Part shown: positions 10,098-21,378 of the stretch, in pieces
Layout of the letters: the number at the start of each line of letters is the position of its first letter
Position numbering within the stretch: the first letter of the stretch is position 1
From: Alphaproteobacteria bacterium
GTDB lineage: Bacteria; Pseudomonadota; Alphaproteobacteria; RF32; CAG-239
Length of the DNA: 64,000 bases
Assembly: GCA_045632645.1 (NCBI GenBank)
Contig: JAZQXC010000014.1
Span: forward strand, 18,166 to 82,165
Reading direction: 5' to 3'
Notes under the pieces: generated by a model
Told to the model about the DNA's origin: nothing
The model's database searches: none
Seen by the model: only the letters and a program-made list of their open reading frames with translations
Made by a program: the position numbers and the translations under genes

Positions 10098-11335
10098 AAC
10101 GTAAACAATTCTCTTATTTTATCATTATCAATATAAGATAAAATTTCTTCCAAATGCGCATCTATTAATATTTTAGTTGCGCATTCTTTTTCTATTCCTC
10201 TAGACATCAAATAAAATAATTGCTCTTTATCAATCTCACCAGAACTAGCCCCATGAGAGCACTTAACATCATCGGCATAAATTTCAAGCTCTGGCTTACA
10301 ATTTAACTCTGCATTATCCCCTAAATAAAGGGCCTTGTGTAATTGATTACCGACAACTTTAATAGCATCTCTTTCGATTCTAACCTTACCTTGAAAAGTT
10401 GCTTTAGATTCATCTTCCAAAACAGCTTTCACATATTGATTAGAAAAAGTTTCTAAAACCTTATGATTAACATTGGTTGTAATATCTGTTAAACAGTCTT
10501 TTCGAGCAATATAAGCAGAATATACATCGATTTTAGCACCAGAATTTTCCAAATTAGCCAAGGTTTCATTACGGCTAATTTTTGCACCATTAGATAAATA
10601 AAATTGCACATAATTTGCATCTTTATGAGCTTTAACAGCATTAAGTGATATATTATAAGCTTTTAAGCTTTCTTTTTGCACCTTATAGTGCTTTAAGATA
10701 CTGCTTTCTTTTAAATATATTTCATTAACTATATTAACAAAATATCTATTATCATTAGAAGATAAACATTCTTCAACAATTTCTAATTTAGCATTTTTAC
10801 CAAGCATGATAAGATTATGAATATTACACATCATATTTTGAGAGTGGCAATTTCTATAAGAAATTTTTATAGCTTTTTCACTATTTACATTATCATCAAC
10901 TTCAATACAAATACCTTGTTCTAAATATATCCCATTAAGCGCTGCAAACGGATATTTTTCAATATCAAACGAATTAAATATATATTTTTTGTATTCATCT
11001 TCATACAAAGCAACAGGCAAAGGAACAATTCTCACACCTTTAGGTAGATTATACTCCTCAACATGCAAATTACCTCTACAAAAATCTACCTCAATAAAAA
11101 AGTCATCACTTTTTTTACCACAACAACAATTACCATCGCAAACATCTTTTGCCAAAGAAATTTCAAAATCACCATTCACAATTTCTTTAACATCACTATA
11201 TTTAAATTCTTCAGTTTTTTTGTTTGGAAATCCTCTTTGTAAAAGAGCCTTTTTTGCCTTGTCTCTTAAAGCAAAAACACTTGGTTTATCGTCTAAAAAA
11301 AGTTCAACATTTTTTATCAAAGAAAAGTAACTCAT
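10094..11335 (-). CDS. sufD: Fe-S cluster assembly protein SufD (SufB/SufD family)
   Basis: C-terminal KPELEIYADDVKCSHGASSGEIDKEQLFYLMSRGI signature, 413 aa, immediately downstream of sufC. Confidence 0.8.
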   Translation of the reverse strand: MSYFSLIKNVELFLDDKPSVFALRDKAKKALLQRGFPNKKTEEFKYSDVKEIVNGDFEISLAKDVCDGNCCCGKKSDDFFIEVDFCRGNLHVEEYNLPKGVRIVPLPVALYEDEYKKYIFNSFDIEKYPFAALNGIYLEQGICIEVDDNVNSEKAIKISYRNCHSQNMMCNIHNLIMLGKNAKLEIVEECLSSNDNRYFVNIVNEIYLKESSILKHYKVQKESLKAYNISLNAVKAHKDANYVQFYLSNGAKISRNETLANLENSGAKIDVYSAYIARKDCLTDITTNVNHKVLETFSNQYVKAVLEDESKATFQGKVRIERDAIKVVGNQLHKALYLGDNAELNCKPELEIYADDVKCSHGASSGEIDKEQLFYLMSRGIEKECATKILIDAHLEEILSYIDNDKIRELFTF

Positions 11336-11338
11336 CTT

Positions 11339-12094
11339 TTATTCTTTCAAAAAAGAGGCATAACCATTTTTCTCTAATTCTAAAGCAAGAGTCTTATCAC
11401 CTGATTTAATAATTTTACCATCTGCAAAAATATGAATAATATCAGGAACAATATAAGACAACAAACGTTGATAGTGTGTTATAACTAAAAATGCATTTTC
11501 ATCACCTCTAAGTGTATTAACACCTTCGGATACAACTTTTAGCGCATCAATATCTAAACCAGAATCTATCTCATCTAAAATTGCAAAATGAGGTTTTAAT
11601 AGCGCCATTTGAAGCGTCTCAAAACGCTTTTTCTCGCCACCCGAAAAACCAACATTAACAAACCTTTTTAGCATATCTTGACTAACACCAAGAGCATCAG
11701 CCTCTTTTCTCAATAATTTCATAAACGAAATAGTATCGAGCTCATCTTCCCCTTTATATTTTCTAATAGCATTAAGAGAATGTTTCAAAAAATTAGAAAC
11801 GCCTACGCCAGGAATTTCTGTTGGATATTGCATAGATAAAAACAAACCTTCCCGAGCTCTTTCTTCTATACTCAACTCCAAAAGATTCTTTCCTTTAAAT
11901 ATAATTTCTCCATCAGTAACTTCATATCCATCTTTACCACTAAGCACATAAGATAAAGAAGATTTACCAGCACCATTTGGCCCCATAATGGCATGAACTT
12001 CACCCTCATTAATAACCAAATCAAGTCCTTTTATTATTTCCTTATCACCAACACATGCGTGCAGATTTTTTATTTCTAATAAAGCTTTTGCCAT
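11339..12094 (-). CDS. sufC: Fe-S cluster assembly ATPase SufC
   Basis: ABC ATPase Walker A GPNGAGKSS, LSGGEKKR signature; 251 aa. Confidence 0.9.
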   Translation of the reverse strand: MAKALLEIKNLHACVGDKEIIKGLDLVINEGEVHAIMGPNGAGKSSLSYVLSGKDGYEVTDGEIIFKGKNLLELSIEERAREGLFLSMQYPTEIPGVGVSNFLKHSLNAIRKYKGEDELDTISFMKLLRKEADALGVSQDMLKRFVNVGFSGGEKKRFETLQMALLKPHFAILDEIDSGLDIDALKVVSEGVNTLRGDENAFLVITHYQRLLSYIVPDIIHIFADGKIIKSGDKTLALELEKNGYASFLKE

Positions 12095-12103
12095 TTTTTA
12101 TCC

Positions 12104-14800
12104 TTATGCAACTTTTCCATGACAATGTTTAAACTTTTTACCGCTACCACATGGGCAAGGGCTATTTCTTGAAATATTTTTCCATTCAGGTTTTACCACA
12201 TTGTCTTCATTATTTATTGTTTTATTTTCAGGCGCAACAGAACCATCCAAAGACTCATGAACCGCATTCATTTTTTGGTTTTGCCTTTGTTGTTCTTGTT
12301 CTTTTATATCCTTTTCACTACTTTGCTGAATAACAGCTCTACAAATAACTGTCGTAATTTTTTCTTTCAACAAATCAAGCATATCAGAAAACATATTAAA
12401 TGCTTCCTTCTTATATTCATTTAGAGGATCTTTCTGCCCGTATGCTCTAAGCACAATAGTGTGTCTCATCATATCAAGTGTAGCAATATGTTCTTTCCAT
12501 AATTGGTCAAGAGTTTGTAAAACAATACTCTTTTCAACCATACAAATAATATCACTAGGCACACCCTCATTTTTTTGCTTAATATTATTATCAACCTCAT
12601 TAATAACAAGCTCAAGCATATCTTCACTATCAATAGCAGGTCTTTTTGCCCACTCATCAACAGGAAGACTCATACCAGTTATAGCAAAAACATCTTGCTT
12701 AAGCCCATTTAGATTCCACTCTTCAGGTGCACTACCCATAACAATATTATTATTAACAATAGCACGTAAATAATCATGACGCATATCAACAACAGTATCA
12801 GAAACATCACTAATAGACATAAGCTCTTTACGTTGTTCATAAATAACCTTACGTTGATCATTCATCACATTATCATACTTTAATAAGCTTTTTCTTATAT
12901 CAAAGTTTCTCTCTTCAACTTTTTGCTGAGCTTTTTCTAAAGCTTTACTAATAAATGGATGCACCAAAGCCTCACCTTCTGGTAAACCTAAACGTTTTAA
13001 CATCTCAGACATACGTTCAGAACCAAAGATTCTCATCAAATCATCTTCCAAAGACAAGAAGAATTTAGAACAACCAGGGTCACCTTGACGACCAGAACGA
13101 CCTCTAAGCTGATTATCGATTCGTCTGCTTTCGTGGCGCTCTGTTCCTAAGATATATAAACCACCAGCTTCTAAAACTTTTTTCTTGTTTTCTAAAACTT
13201 CGGCTTCAACTTCATCTTTTATTTTCTTAATTTCTTCTTCTGTTTCATTTCCAGTAAGACGTTTTCTCAATCTCAAAGCAGGGTTACCACCAAGTTGAAT
13301 ATCCGTACCACGACCAGCCATATTAGTTGCAATAGTAACAGCACCATATCTACCAGCTTCTGCAACAATAACAGCTTCTCTTTCGTGGTGTTTTGCATTC
13401 AAAACTTCAAACTTAATGTCTGTTTGAGTGCTAAGTAAATGTGCAATAATTTCTGACTTTTCAACAGATGTTGTACCAACCAAAACTGGCTGACCTTTTG
13501 CATAACACTCCTTAATAGTATCCAAAATTGCTTTATACTTCTCTTTTTCAGTTCTATAAATACAATCATGTTCATCAACACGCAATACAGGTCGATTCGT
13601 TGGAATTTCCACACTAGATAAATTATAAATATCAGAAAACTCTGCTTCCTCTGTCATAGCAGTACCTGTCATACCAGCAAGCTTTGGATATAAGCGGAAA
13701 TAATTTTGGAAAGTAATAGAAGCAAGTGTTTGGTTTTCTGATTGAATTTCAACCCCCTCTTTAGCCTCTAAAGCTTGATGCAAACCATCACTATATCTTC
13801 TCCCCTCCATAATACGGCCAGTAAACTCATCAATAATCAGAACCTTACCATCGCGAACCAAATAGTCAACATCTCTATCGAACATAATATTAGCACGCAA
13901 AGCTTGATTAACATGGTTTACTAAAGATACATTCTTAATATCATATAAACCACCCTCAACAATCAAACCTGCATCTTTTAATAATTTCTCCACATGCTCC
14001 ATTCCGGATTCTGTAAGAGTAACATTTTTGCTTTTTTCATCTTTTTCAAAATCAGATGTAACAATATCTTTAATAATTCTATTAACAAGCACATATTTCT
14101 CAGAAGAATCTTCTGCTGCACCAGATATAATAAGTGGGGTTCTGGCCTCATCAATTAAAATAGAGTCAACCTCATCAACGATAGCAAAATTAAAATCTCT
14201 TTGAACGCGCTCTTCTAAAGAAAATTTCATATTATCACGCAAATAGTCAAAACCAAGCTCATTATTTGTTCCATAAGTAATATCAGCGCCATAAGCAACC
14301 TTACGCGCTTCATCATCTTTTTCATGAACAACATAATCAACCGTTAAACCTAAAAAGCGATATACTTGCCCCATCCATTCAGCATCACGCTTTGCAAGAT
14401 AATCGTTTACAGTAACAATATGCACACCCTTTTGCTCAATAGCATTTAAATATGCAGGAAGGGTTGCAACCAAAGTTTTACCTTCACCTGTTTTCATTTC
14501 CGAAATCATACCATTGTGCAAAACAATACCACCAATAAGTTGAACATCATAATGTCTTTGGCCTAATGTTCTTTTTGCCGCCTCTCTAACTGTTGCAAAA
14601 GCTTCCGGCAAAATATCATCTAATGTTTCCCCCTCTTTTAATCTAGAACGAAACTCCAGTGTTTTATTTTTTAATTCTTCATCAGACAGCTTAGCAAAAA
14701 CCTCTTCAAGAGCATTAATTTTTTCAACTATTTTATGTTGTTTTTTTACAAAACGATCATTTGCTGACCCAAAAATTTTACGTGCAATACTTGTTAACAT
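12104..14800 (-). CDS. secA: Preprotein translocase ATPase SecA
   Basis: 898 aa, DEAD-like motor motifs, C-terminal zinc finger [14 protein letters not shown]. Confidence 0.95.
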   Translation of the reverse strand: MLTSIARKIFGSANDRFVKKQHKIVEKINALEEVFAKLSDEELKNKTLEFRSRLKEGETLDDILPEAFATVREAAKRTLGQRHYDVQLIGGIVLHNGMISEMKTGEGKTLVATLPAYLNAIEQKGVHIVTVNDYLAKRDAEWMGQVYRFLGLTVDYVVHEKDDEARKVAYGADITYGTNNELGFDYLRDNMKFSLEERVQRDFNFAIVDEVDSILIDEARTPLIISGAAEDSSEKYVLVNRIIKDIVTSDFEKDEKSKNVTLTESGMEHVEKLLKDAGLIVEGGLYDIKNVSLVNHVNQALRANIMFDRDVDYLVRDGKVLIIDEFTGRIMEGRRYSDGLHQALEAKEGVEIQSENQTLASITFQNYFRLYPKLAGMTGTAMTEEAEFSDIYNLSSVEIPTNRPVLRVDEHDCIYRTEKEKYKAILDTIKECYAKGQPVLVGTTSVEKSEIIAHLLSTQTDIKFEVLNAKHHEREAVIVAEAGRYGAVTIATNMAGRGTDIQLGGNPALRLRKRLTGNETEEEIKKIKDEVEAEVLENKKKVLEAGGLYILGTERHESRRIDNQLRGRSGRQGDPGCSKFFLSLEDDLMRIFGSERMSEMLKRLGLPEGEALVHPFISKALEKAQQKVEERNFDIRKSLLKYDNVMNDQRKVIYEQRKELMSISDVSDTVVDMRHDYLRAIVNNNIVMGSAPEEWNLNGLKQDVFAITGMSLPVDEWAKRPAIDSEDMLELVINEVDNNIKQKNEGVPSDIICMVEKSIVLQTLDQLWKEHIATLDMMRHTIVLRAYGQKDPLNEYKKEAFNMFSDMLDLLKEKITTVICRAVIQQSSEKDIKEQEQQRQNQKMNAVHESLDGSVAPENKTINNEDNVVKPEWKNISRNSPCPCGSGKKFKHCHGKVA

Positions 14801-14969
14801 CTCTTTACCTTAAATATTTATCATTATAGCTACATTTAGTGTTTATATGAAATAAAGTCAATACTATCAACAAAAGTTATAAACTCAATAAAAAAATACT
14901 TGGAATATTTTATAAATAAGTATATATGACTATATGAGAAAGCTAAAATTTTTTATTTTGGAGGTATTT

Positions 14970-15821
14970 ATGAAAAAAAGACTAGTTGGTTTTGTAATCA
15001 CAGCTGTTGCTGTTGTGGTTGTTGCTGTAGCCTCTTTTGTATCTTTTAAAGTATACAATGCAAATGCAGGCGCCAACAAAGGTATTGCAGCAAAAATTAA
15101 CGGTGAAACTATTTACATTAACGACTTAAAACAAAGTTATGCAGATCACCCACAAATTAAAGACAAAGTTCCTTTTGAAGAGTTTTATGCAAAAACTTTA
15201 GATGTTTTTGTTAATTCTAAATTAGTTTACCAAGCTGCTAAAGAAGCAAAAATTGAACAAACACCAGAATTTGAGCGTCAATTAATCACAGCAAAAGAAG
15301 ACCTTGCTCGCAAACTATATCTTGAAAAACAAGTTGCTGAAAAAGTAACAGATGCTGAAATCAAAAAATTATATGACGAATATACATCTAAATTTGAAAG
15401 CCAAAAAGAAGTTAAAGCAAAACATATTTTAGTAGATTCTGAAGCAACAGCTAAAGAAGTTATCAACAAGCTCCAAAAGGGGGAAGATTTCTTAAAATTA
15501 GCTAAAGAATACTCAAAAGACCAAGTTGCAGACTTAGGCTACTTCACAGCAGAAATGATGGTTCCAGAATTTTCTAAAGCAGCATTCGCAATGAATAAAG
15601 GTGAGTATTCAAAAACACCTGTAAAAACAGAGTTTGGTTACCACGTTATCTTAGTTGACGACGCAAGAGCTTCTAAACCATTAGAACTTAAAGACATCGA
15701 ACCACAATTAAAAAACATGGTAACACAAAAAGTTGTTGCTGAAATCTTTGACAATTTACGCAATTCTGCAAAAATTGAAAGATACACATTAGAAGGTGAA
15801 GTTATTCCAGAAACAAAATAG
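14970..15821 (+). CDS. Parvulin-type peptidyl-prolyl cis-trans isomerase (PpiC/SurA-like, N-terminal membrane anchor)
   Basis: GGAGG RBS 7 nt before ATG at 14970; parvulin domain HILV...GYFT...GYHVILV. Confidence 0.8.
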   Translation: MKKRLVGFVITAVAVVVVAVASFVSFKVYNANAGANKGIAAKINGETIYINDLKQSYADHPQIKDKVPFEEFYAKTLDVFVNSKLVYQAAKEAKIEQTPEFERQLITAKEDLARKLYLEKQVAEKVTDAEIKKLYDEYTSKFESQKEVKAKHILVDSEATAKEVINKLQKGEDFLKLAKEYSKDQVADLGYFTAEMMVPEFSKAAFAMNKGEYSKTPVKTEFGYHVILVDDARASKPLELKDIEPQLKNMVTQKVVAEIFDNLRNSAKIERYTLEGEVIPETK

Positions 15822-15830
15822 CTCTTTACC

Positions 15831-15875
15831 TTGTACAAAAAGCCTCGTTCTAGCGGGGCTTTTTTGTACAAAAAA
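15831..15875 (+). terminator. Long palindromic rho-independent terminator after PPIase gene
   Basis: TTGTACAAAAAGCCTCGttctagCGGGGCTTTTTTGTACAA. Confidence 0.85.
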
Positions 15876-15975
15876 ACTCTTGATTTTAAAAACAAATTAA
15901 TGTATAAACACTAAAGACCAAACAACACCCCTGGAGGTTGTTGGTTTTTTTTAACATATAAATAAGGATAAAAAA

Positions 15976-16266
15976 ATGTCAGATATTACATTTAATGCAA
16001 ATTTACGTGAAAAAGCAGGTAAGGGGGCAGCTCGTGCATGTCGTAGAGAAGGTCGCGTTCCTGCTGTTGTTTATGGTAACAAACAAGAAGCTGTTAACAT
16101 CAGCTTACACCCAGTTGAGCTTGAAAAAGCACTCAACTTAAGAGACTTCTACAAATCTGTAATAGCTATTAACGTTAACGGCAAAACAGAAAAGGTTATC
16201 TGTAAAGATGTTCAATTCCATCCAGTATCAGATATGCCTATTCATGTTGACTTCTTACGTAAATAG
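15976..16266 (+). CDS. rplY: 50S ribosomal protein L25 (short form)
   Basis: 96 aa, RREGRVPAVVYG motif; followed by pth as in alphaproteobacteria. Confidence 0.85.
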   Translation: MSDITFNANLREKAGKGAARACRREGRVPAVVYGNKQEAVNISLHPVELEKALNLRDFYKSVIAINVNGKTEKVICKDVQFHPVSDMPIHVDFLRK

Positions 16267-16275
16267 GAAAAAGAT

Positions 16276-16848
16276 ATGTTTTTAGTGGTTGGTCTTGGAA
16301 ATCCTGGAGAAGAATATTCTAAAACACGCCACAATATTGGGTTTATGGCGGCTGATGAGATTCACAGCCGCTATAACTTTACCCCTTTTAAATCTAAATT
16401 TGAAGGGCTTGTTTCTGAAGGATTAATTAACAACAATAAAACAATCCTCCTTAAACCACAAACATATATGAATTTATCAGGTAATTCCGTTCATAAAGTT
16501 GCCAATTTTTATAAAATTCCAGCAGAAAATATTGTTGTAATACACGATGATAAAGACTTAGCCCTCGGTAAACTAAAAGCAAAAAGAGGTGGTAGCGCTG
16601 GTGGTCATAACGGATTAAAAAATATCGATTCGCAAATCGGAGCAGAATATAACAGAATACGCATAGGCGTTGGCTCCCCAAAAGAGCACAACACAGACAC
16701 AATAAACTTTGTGTTATCCCGTTTTAACAAATCAGAAATAGAGGTTTTAACCCCTCAAATAGATTTTATAGCCTCAACAATTAACGAACTAATAAGCAAA
16801 GGCATAGACTACTATTCAAACATTATAGGGATGCACAACACTAAATAG
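16276..16848 (+). CDS. pth: Peptidyl-tRNA hydrolase
   Basis: VGLGNPG...HNIGF N-terminal signature; 190 aa. Confidence 0.9.
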   Translation: MFLVVGLGNPGEEYSKTRHNIGFMAADEIHSRYNFTPFKSKFEGLVSEGLINNNKTILLKPQTYMNLSGNSVHKVANFYKIPAENIVVIHDDKDLALGKLKAKRGGSAGGHNGLKNIDSQIGAEYNRIRIGVGSPKEHNTDTINFVLSRFNKSEIEVLTPQIDFIASTINELISKGIDYYSNIIGMHNTK

Positions 16849-16881
16849 ACGATTAAAAAAAATTATTATAAACCTTTAACA

Positions 16882-17409
16882 TTGTATGCTATGAAATTAT
16901 TATCAAAACTCAAAGAATGGTTTTGTGGTTCCAAAACACAAGTAACCACAAATGAGCAACCTATCGTTGAGACACCTCAACCCCAAGAGATTACCTCTCA
17001 AGTTGCTCAACCAAAAGAAATCACACCTCAAGTTGTTCACAAAACTGCAACAACTCCATCGATTTCAAACGAGGAAAAACAGGTTAGAATTGCTCTAGAA
17101 GACATCGACCTTCAGCGTCCTGAAAAAAGTGAAAAGTTCTTGGAGATTATTCCGGTTATTCACAAGTACTCTGTTGCACTTGGTTTTATCAGTAGATACA
17201 ACAAAGTTGCAGCCTTCTATGCCCAAACACTCGTCAGACAAAATGGAGGAAATCTCCCTTTTGAGATAGAGAAGGCGCTTATAGAAAACAAATATTGCAA
17301 TCTCTTGTTTGAGTTTTCAATTCAGGGACACACTTGGAGCAATCCTGCAAAGGAACTCATGAAGAAACACCATATGGTTGTTTACTGTCATTTGTTTGGT
17401 TTTGTATAA
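16882..17409 (+). CDS. Hypothetical protein with short tandem PQ(E/K)IT(S/P)QV repeat
   Basis: ETPQPQEITSQVAQPKEITPQVVHK internal repeat; no recognised domain. Confidence 0.45.
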   Translation: MYAMKLLSKLKEWFCGSKTQVTTNEQPIVETPQPQEITSQVAQPKEITPQVVHKTATTPSISNEEKQVRIALEDIDLQRPEKSEKFLEIIPVIHKYSVALGFISRYNKVAAFYAQTLVRQNGGNLPFEIEKALIENKYCNLLFEFSIQGHTWSNPAKELMKKHHMVVYCHLFGFV

Positions 17410-17430
17410 CCACAATCAAGCACACAAAAA

Positions 17431-17459
17431 AGAGCCTAAAACTTAAGGCTCTTTTTTTG
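17431..17459 (+). terminator. Rho-independent terminator
   Basis: AGAGCCtaaaacttaaGGCTCT + T7. Confidence 0.8.
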
Positions 17460-17574
17460 TGTTTTTACTACAAACTATTTAATTTAAAAACATTATATAA
17501 ATATTAAATAAACTTTGACTTCTCCTATAAAACACTATACAATATTAGCATATAATGAATAAGGAATTTTTTAA

Positions 17575-20139
17575 ATGATACTAAATAATAAAATCCGTAT
17601 GCTTGCTTCAATATACGGTGTCGATTGTGATGCCAAATTGAAAAATATAGTAAGCATTCTTCAAGCTATGGATGTTTTACCTAAAGAGTTTGATATAGAC
17701 GATGCAGATAGTGTCTTTAGCAACACTAAACTACTTAATAGCATTATAATCAAACACAAAGATGCTGAGTTCTCAAGAATTGTTCACCAAGTATCTGTTA
17801 TTCGAGAAAATAAAACCAAAGAACTTATAATTTCTTTACCAGAACACATAACAGAACTACGCTGGACTTTAAACACAGAAAACAAAAGTCATTATATGGG
17901 AAGAACAAACATCAAAGATTTACCTTTGGTTTATAAAGACAACGGGGAACCCGACGAACACACAATTGGAGATATAAATTATAGAAAATACAAATTTTCA
18001 TTTCCTTTTGAATTAAACATGGGCTACCACCAAGTTTTATTTTCATATAAAGACCCTATAAACAACCAAACAATAGAGCAAGAATCTCGCATAATATCTG
18101 CCCCTGAAAAATGTTATGATGGAATTGGTATATATCAAGGAAACAAGACTTGGGGTGTTCCCGTACAACTTTATGAACAAGTTTCAGAAAACAATCTTGG
18201 CATCGGAAATTTTAGTGATTTAGCTCAATTGGGAAACATATTGGGTCGTAATGGTGCTGGCATAATTGGTGTTAACCCTCTTCACGCAATGTGTGACGAT
18301 TACCCAGAAAATGCAAGTCCATATAGTCCAGATTGCAGAACATTTTACAACTACATCTATCTTGATGTAACAGCTTTAAAAGAGTTTAAAGAATCCCCAG
18401 AAATTAGAGATTATTATTACAGCCAAGAATTTCAAAAAAGAATCAATAAAAATAAACGCAAAGGCTACGTTGATTACGCTGTAACACAAGAACTTGTCGA
18501 TGACATCTTAAAAAAATGCTACAACAAATTTAGCACAAGCTGTTCTTATCAAGACAGGCTTGATTTTGACAGATTCTGTCGCATACATGGTGAAGACCTT
18601 ACCATGTATGCAACTTTTCGTGCAATTTGCAAACATTTATCACAACAAAAACCAGCTCCAACAAGATGGGAGCAATGGCCTGAAGAATATCGCCACCCAG
18701 AAAGCCCTGCTGTAAAAAAATTCCAAGAAGAACACAAAGATTTAATCGGTTACTATAAATACAATCAATGGCAATGCACACTACAATTGGAGCAAGTAAA
18801 AAGAGCATGCTTAAGCTCTGGTATGAAAATTGGACTATATACCGACATGGCTGTAGGGTGTACTAATAGTGGATTCGAATCTTGGTGTTATAAAGATTTA
18901 TATATTAATGCAACAGCAGGAGCTCCTGTTGATGTATTAAGCCAGAATGGACAGAACTGGCAACTACTAGGATTCAATCCTCTAAAACTGAGAGAAAAAG
19001 GATATGAACCATATCGTAAAATAATAAGTGCCAGCATGAAATATGCGGGGTGCACCAGAATAGACCATGTTTTGCAATTACAAAGACTATTTATGATACC
19101 CAAAAACTGTACACCTGCTGATGGAGCATTTGTATCATATAATCCAGATGAACTAATGGCGATAGTTGCTCTTGAAAGCCATAAAAACAAAACAATGGTT
19201 ATTGGCGAAGACTTAGGTGTTCTACCTAACGGTTTTCGTGAAAAACTCGAAGATTTCGGAATACTTTCATATCGAGTATTACCATTTGAAAGAGAATGGG
19301 GCTACCAATCCGGTCACGGAAGTAATGCTATGAAGCACCCCGAAGAATATCCTTGTCTTTCTGTTTGTGCAACATCAACACATGATACACCTCCTCTTGC
19401 TTGCCAATGGAATGTTCAAGATGTTTACCAAAAACATAAATTAGGTGTAATAACCAACGACCAAGCTGATAAAAAATTTGAACAATACGCAACTCAGCGC
19501 GAAGCTCTTAACTATGCATTAGAAGAAAAAGGATGTTGGAGGCGCGTTGGAGGAAGTGCATGCATGCACCCAAGACAAGACGCTGCTAAAATTCCTGAAA
19601 AATATACTGAAGCAGTAATGGATTATTTAGGACAAAGTAATTCTGTTATCATGCTTGTTCCCTTTTCCGATATTTTTGAAACAAAAGAAATGGGAAACAT
19701 CCCTGGAGTTGCTGAACTAGCCATTTCAGAAAAAGAAACACTAAACGAAATTAATATGGATCTAGCATATCCAAACTGGCGTAAAAAAATGCACATACCT
19801 ATTGAGCATATAGAAAATGTTCCAAGATTTAAAGAGGTGGTTAAAATACTAAATAGATACAGAGACAAAGGGATTGATGAACGAGGAAAATATTACCAAT
19901 TCCAACGCCTAGGCGACAACAATCCAAGTTCCATAGATTTTGACCACTACTATGAAATCTATAAAAGGATTAAAGAGAATAAAGCCTTCACTCAAGAAGA
20001 AATAATCAAACACAGATACTCTAAAGAAAGGTGTGACCACCTTAGAGAATTAACCGCAGAGCAAAATGATTATTTTGAAAAGCAAAAAAAGGAATTTGAT
20101 GCTTTTATGATGGCTAAAATGGCAAATGACAGAAAGTAA
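17575..20139 (+). CDS. malQ: 4-alpha-glucanotransferase (amylomaltase, GH77) with N- and C-terminal extensions
   Basis: GIGNFSDL...GVNPLHA, catalytic RIDHV, GEDLGV, THDTPP signatures; 854 aa versus about 500-700 typical. Confidence 0.8.
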   Translation: MILNNKIRMLASIYGVDCDAKLKNIVSILQAMDVLPKEFDIDDADSVFSNTKLLNSIIIKHKDAEFSRIVHQVSVIRENKTKELIISLPEHITELRWTLNTENKSHYMGRTNIKDLPLVYKDNGEPDEHTIGDINYRKYKFSFPFELNMGYHQVLFSYKDPINNQTIEQESRIISAPEKCYDGIGIYQGNKTWGVPVQLYEQVSENNLGIGNFSDLAQLGNILGRNGAGIIGVNPLHAMCDDYPENASPYSPDCRTFYNYIYLDVTALKEFKESPEIRDYYYSQEFQKRINKNKRKGYVDYAVTQELVDDILKKCYNKFSTSCSYQDRLDFDRFCRIHGEDLTMYATFRAICKHLSQQKPAPTRWEQWPEEYRHPESPAVKKFQEEHKDLIGYYKYNQWQCTLQLEQVKRACLSSGMKIGLYTDMAVGCTNSGFESWCYKDLYINATAGAPVDVLSQNGQNWQLLGFNPLKLREKGYEPYRKIISASMKYAGCTRIDHVLQLQRLFMIPKNCTPADGAFVSYNPDELMAIVALESHKNKTMVIGEDLGVLPNGFREKLEDFGILSYRVLPFEREWGYQSGHGSNAMKHPEEYPCLSVCATSTHDTPPLACQWNVQDVYQKHKLGVITNDQADKKFEQYATQREALNYALEEKGCWRRVGGSACMHPRQDAAKIPEKYTEAVMDYLGQSNSVIMLVPFSDIFETKEMGNIPGVAELAISEKETLNEINMDLAYPNWRKKMHIPIEHIENVPRFKEVVKILNRYRDKGIDERGKYYQFQRLGDNNPSSIDFDHYYEIYKRIKENKAFTQEEIIKHRYSKERCDHLRELTAEQNDYFEKQKKEFDAFMMAKMANDRK

Positions 20140-20143
20140 CAAA

Positions 20144-20172
20144 AAAACTCTCCGAACTGGGGAGTTTTTCTT
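20144..20172 (+). terminator. Rho-independent terminator after malQ-like gene
   Basis: ACTCTCCgaactGGGGAGTTTTTC. Confidence 0.75.
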
Positions 20173-20262
20173 TATCTAAAAAAATATTTTTTGTTGCAAA
20201 AGTAATACTATTCAGCTATAACCAACACTAAACATTAATAAAAAATTATCTAGGAGCTAAAA

Positions 20263-21375
20263 ATGGGTTTTAATTGTGGTATTGTTGGTCTTCCAAACGT
20301 TGGTAAGTCAACATTATTTAATGCTTTAACACAAACAATCGCAGCACAGGCAGCAAACTTTCCTTTTTGTACAATTGAGCCAAACACAGGACGCGTTGCT
20401 GTGCCTGATAGTCGCTTACAAGAATTAGCTAAAATAGTTAATCCCAAAAACATTATACCAACCCAATTAGAATTTGTAGATATCGCAGGCCTTGTAAAAG
20501 GGGCATCAAAAGGCGAAGGACTTGGAAACCAATTTTTAGCAAACATCCGTGAAACAGATGCTATTATTCATGTTTTGCGTTGTTTTGAAGATGGCAACAT
20601 CACACACGTAGAAGGTTCTGTCGACCCAATTCGCGATGCAGAAATTGTAGAAACAGAGCTAATGATTGCAGATTTAGAATCATTAGAAAAACGCTTTGAA
20701 CAAACCAAAAAGAAAGCTCAAACAGGTGGTGATAAAGAAGCAGGAGTTAGAGCAAGAGTTATGGAACCAATCATTAACGCTTTAAGAGAAGGCAAACCCG
20801 CAAGAACTGCTGCTCCAGATCAAGCTGATAAAGACGCTTATAAACAATATCAAATGCTCCAATTATTAACATCAAAACCTGTATTATATGTTTGTAATGT
20901 TGATGAAAATAGTGCCTCAACAGGTAATGAGTTTTCTCAAAAAGTTTTTGAAAAAGCCTCTAAAGAAAATGCAAAAGCAGTTATCATTTCCGCTGCCATT
21001 GAATCAGAAGTTGCACAATTAGATAGTGATGATGAAAAGCAAGAATTTTTATCTGCATTAGGATTAGAGGAAACAGGATTAACCAAAATCATAAAAGCTG
21101 GATACTCTCTTCTTGGTCTTGAAACATATTTCACAGCGGGACCAAAAGAAGTTCGCGCATGGACATTTATAAAAGGATCTAAAGCACCACAGTGCGCCGG
21201 GATTATTCACTCAGATTTTGAAAGAGGATTCATCAGAGCTGAAACCATCGCTTATGATGATTATATTAAATTTGGCGGAGAGCAAGGGTGCAAAGAAGCC
21301 GGAAAAATGCGCTCAGAAGGTAAAGAATATATTGTAAAAGACGGAGATTTACTTAACTTCTTATTCAACGTATAA
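20263..21375 (+). CDS. ychF: Ribosome-binding ATPase YchF
   Basis: GIVGLPNVGKSTLFNALT G1 motif, TGS-like C-terminus; 370 aa. Confidence 0.9.
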   Translation: MGFNCGIVGLPNVGKSTLFNALTQTIAAQAANFPFCTIEPNTGRVAVPDSRLQELAKIVNPKNIIPTQLEFVDIAGLVKGASKGEGLGNQFLANIRETDAIIHVLRCFEDGNITHVEGSVDPIRDAEIVETELMIADLESLEKRFEQTKKKAQTGGDKEAGVRARVMEPIINALREGKPARTAAPDQADKDAYKQYQMLQLLTSKPVLYVCNVDENSASTGNEFSQKVFEKASKENAKAVIISAAIESEVAQLDSDDEKQEFLSALGLEETGLTKIIKAGYSLLGLETYFTAGPKEVRAWTFIKGSKAPQCAGIIHSDFERGFIRAETIAYDDYIKFGGEQGCKEAGKMRSEGKEYIVKDGDLLNFLFNV

Positions 21376-21378
21376 CAA

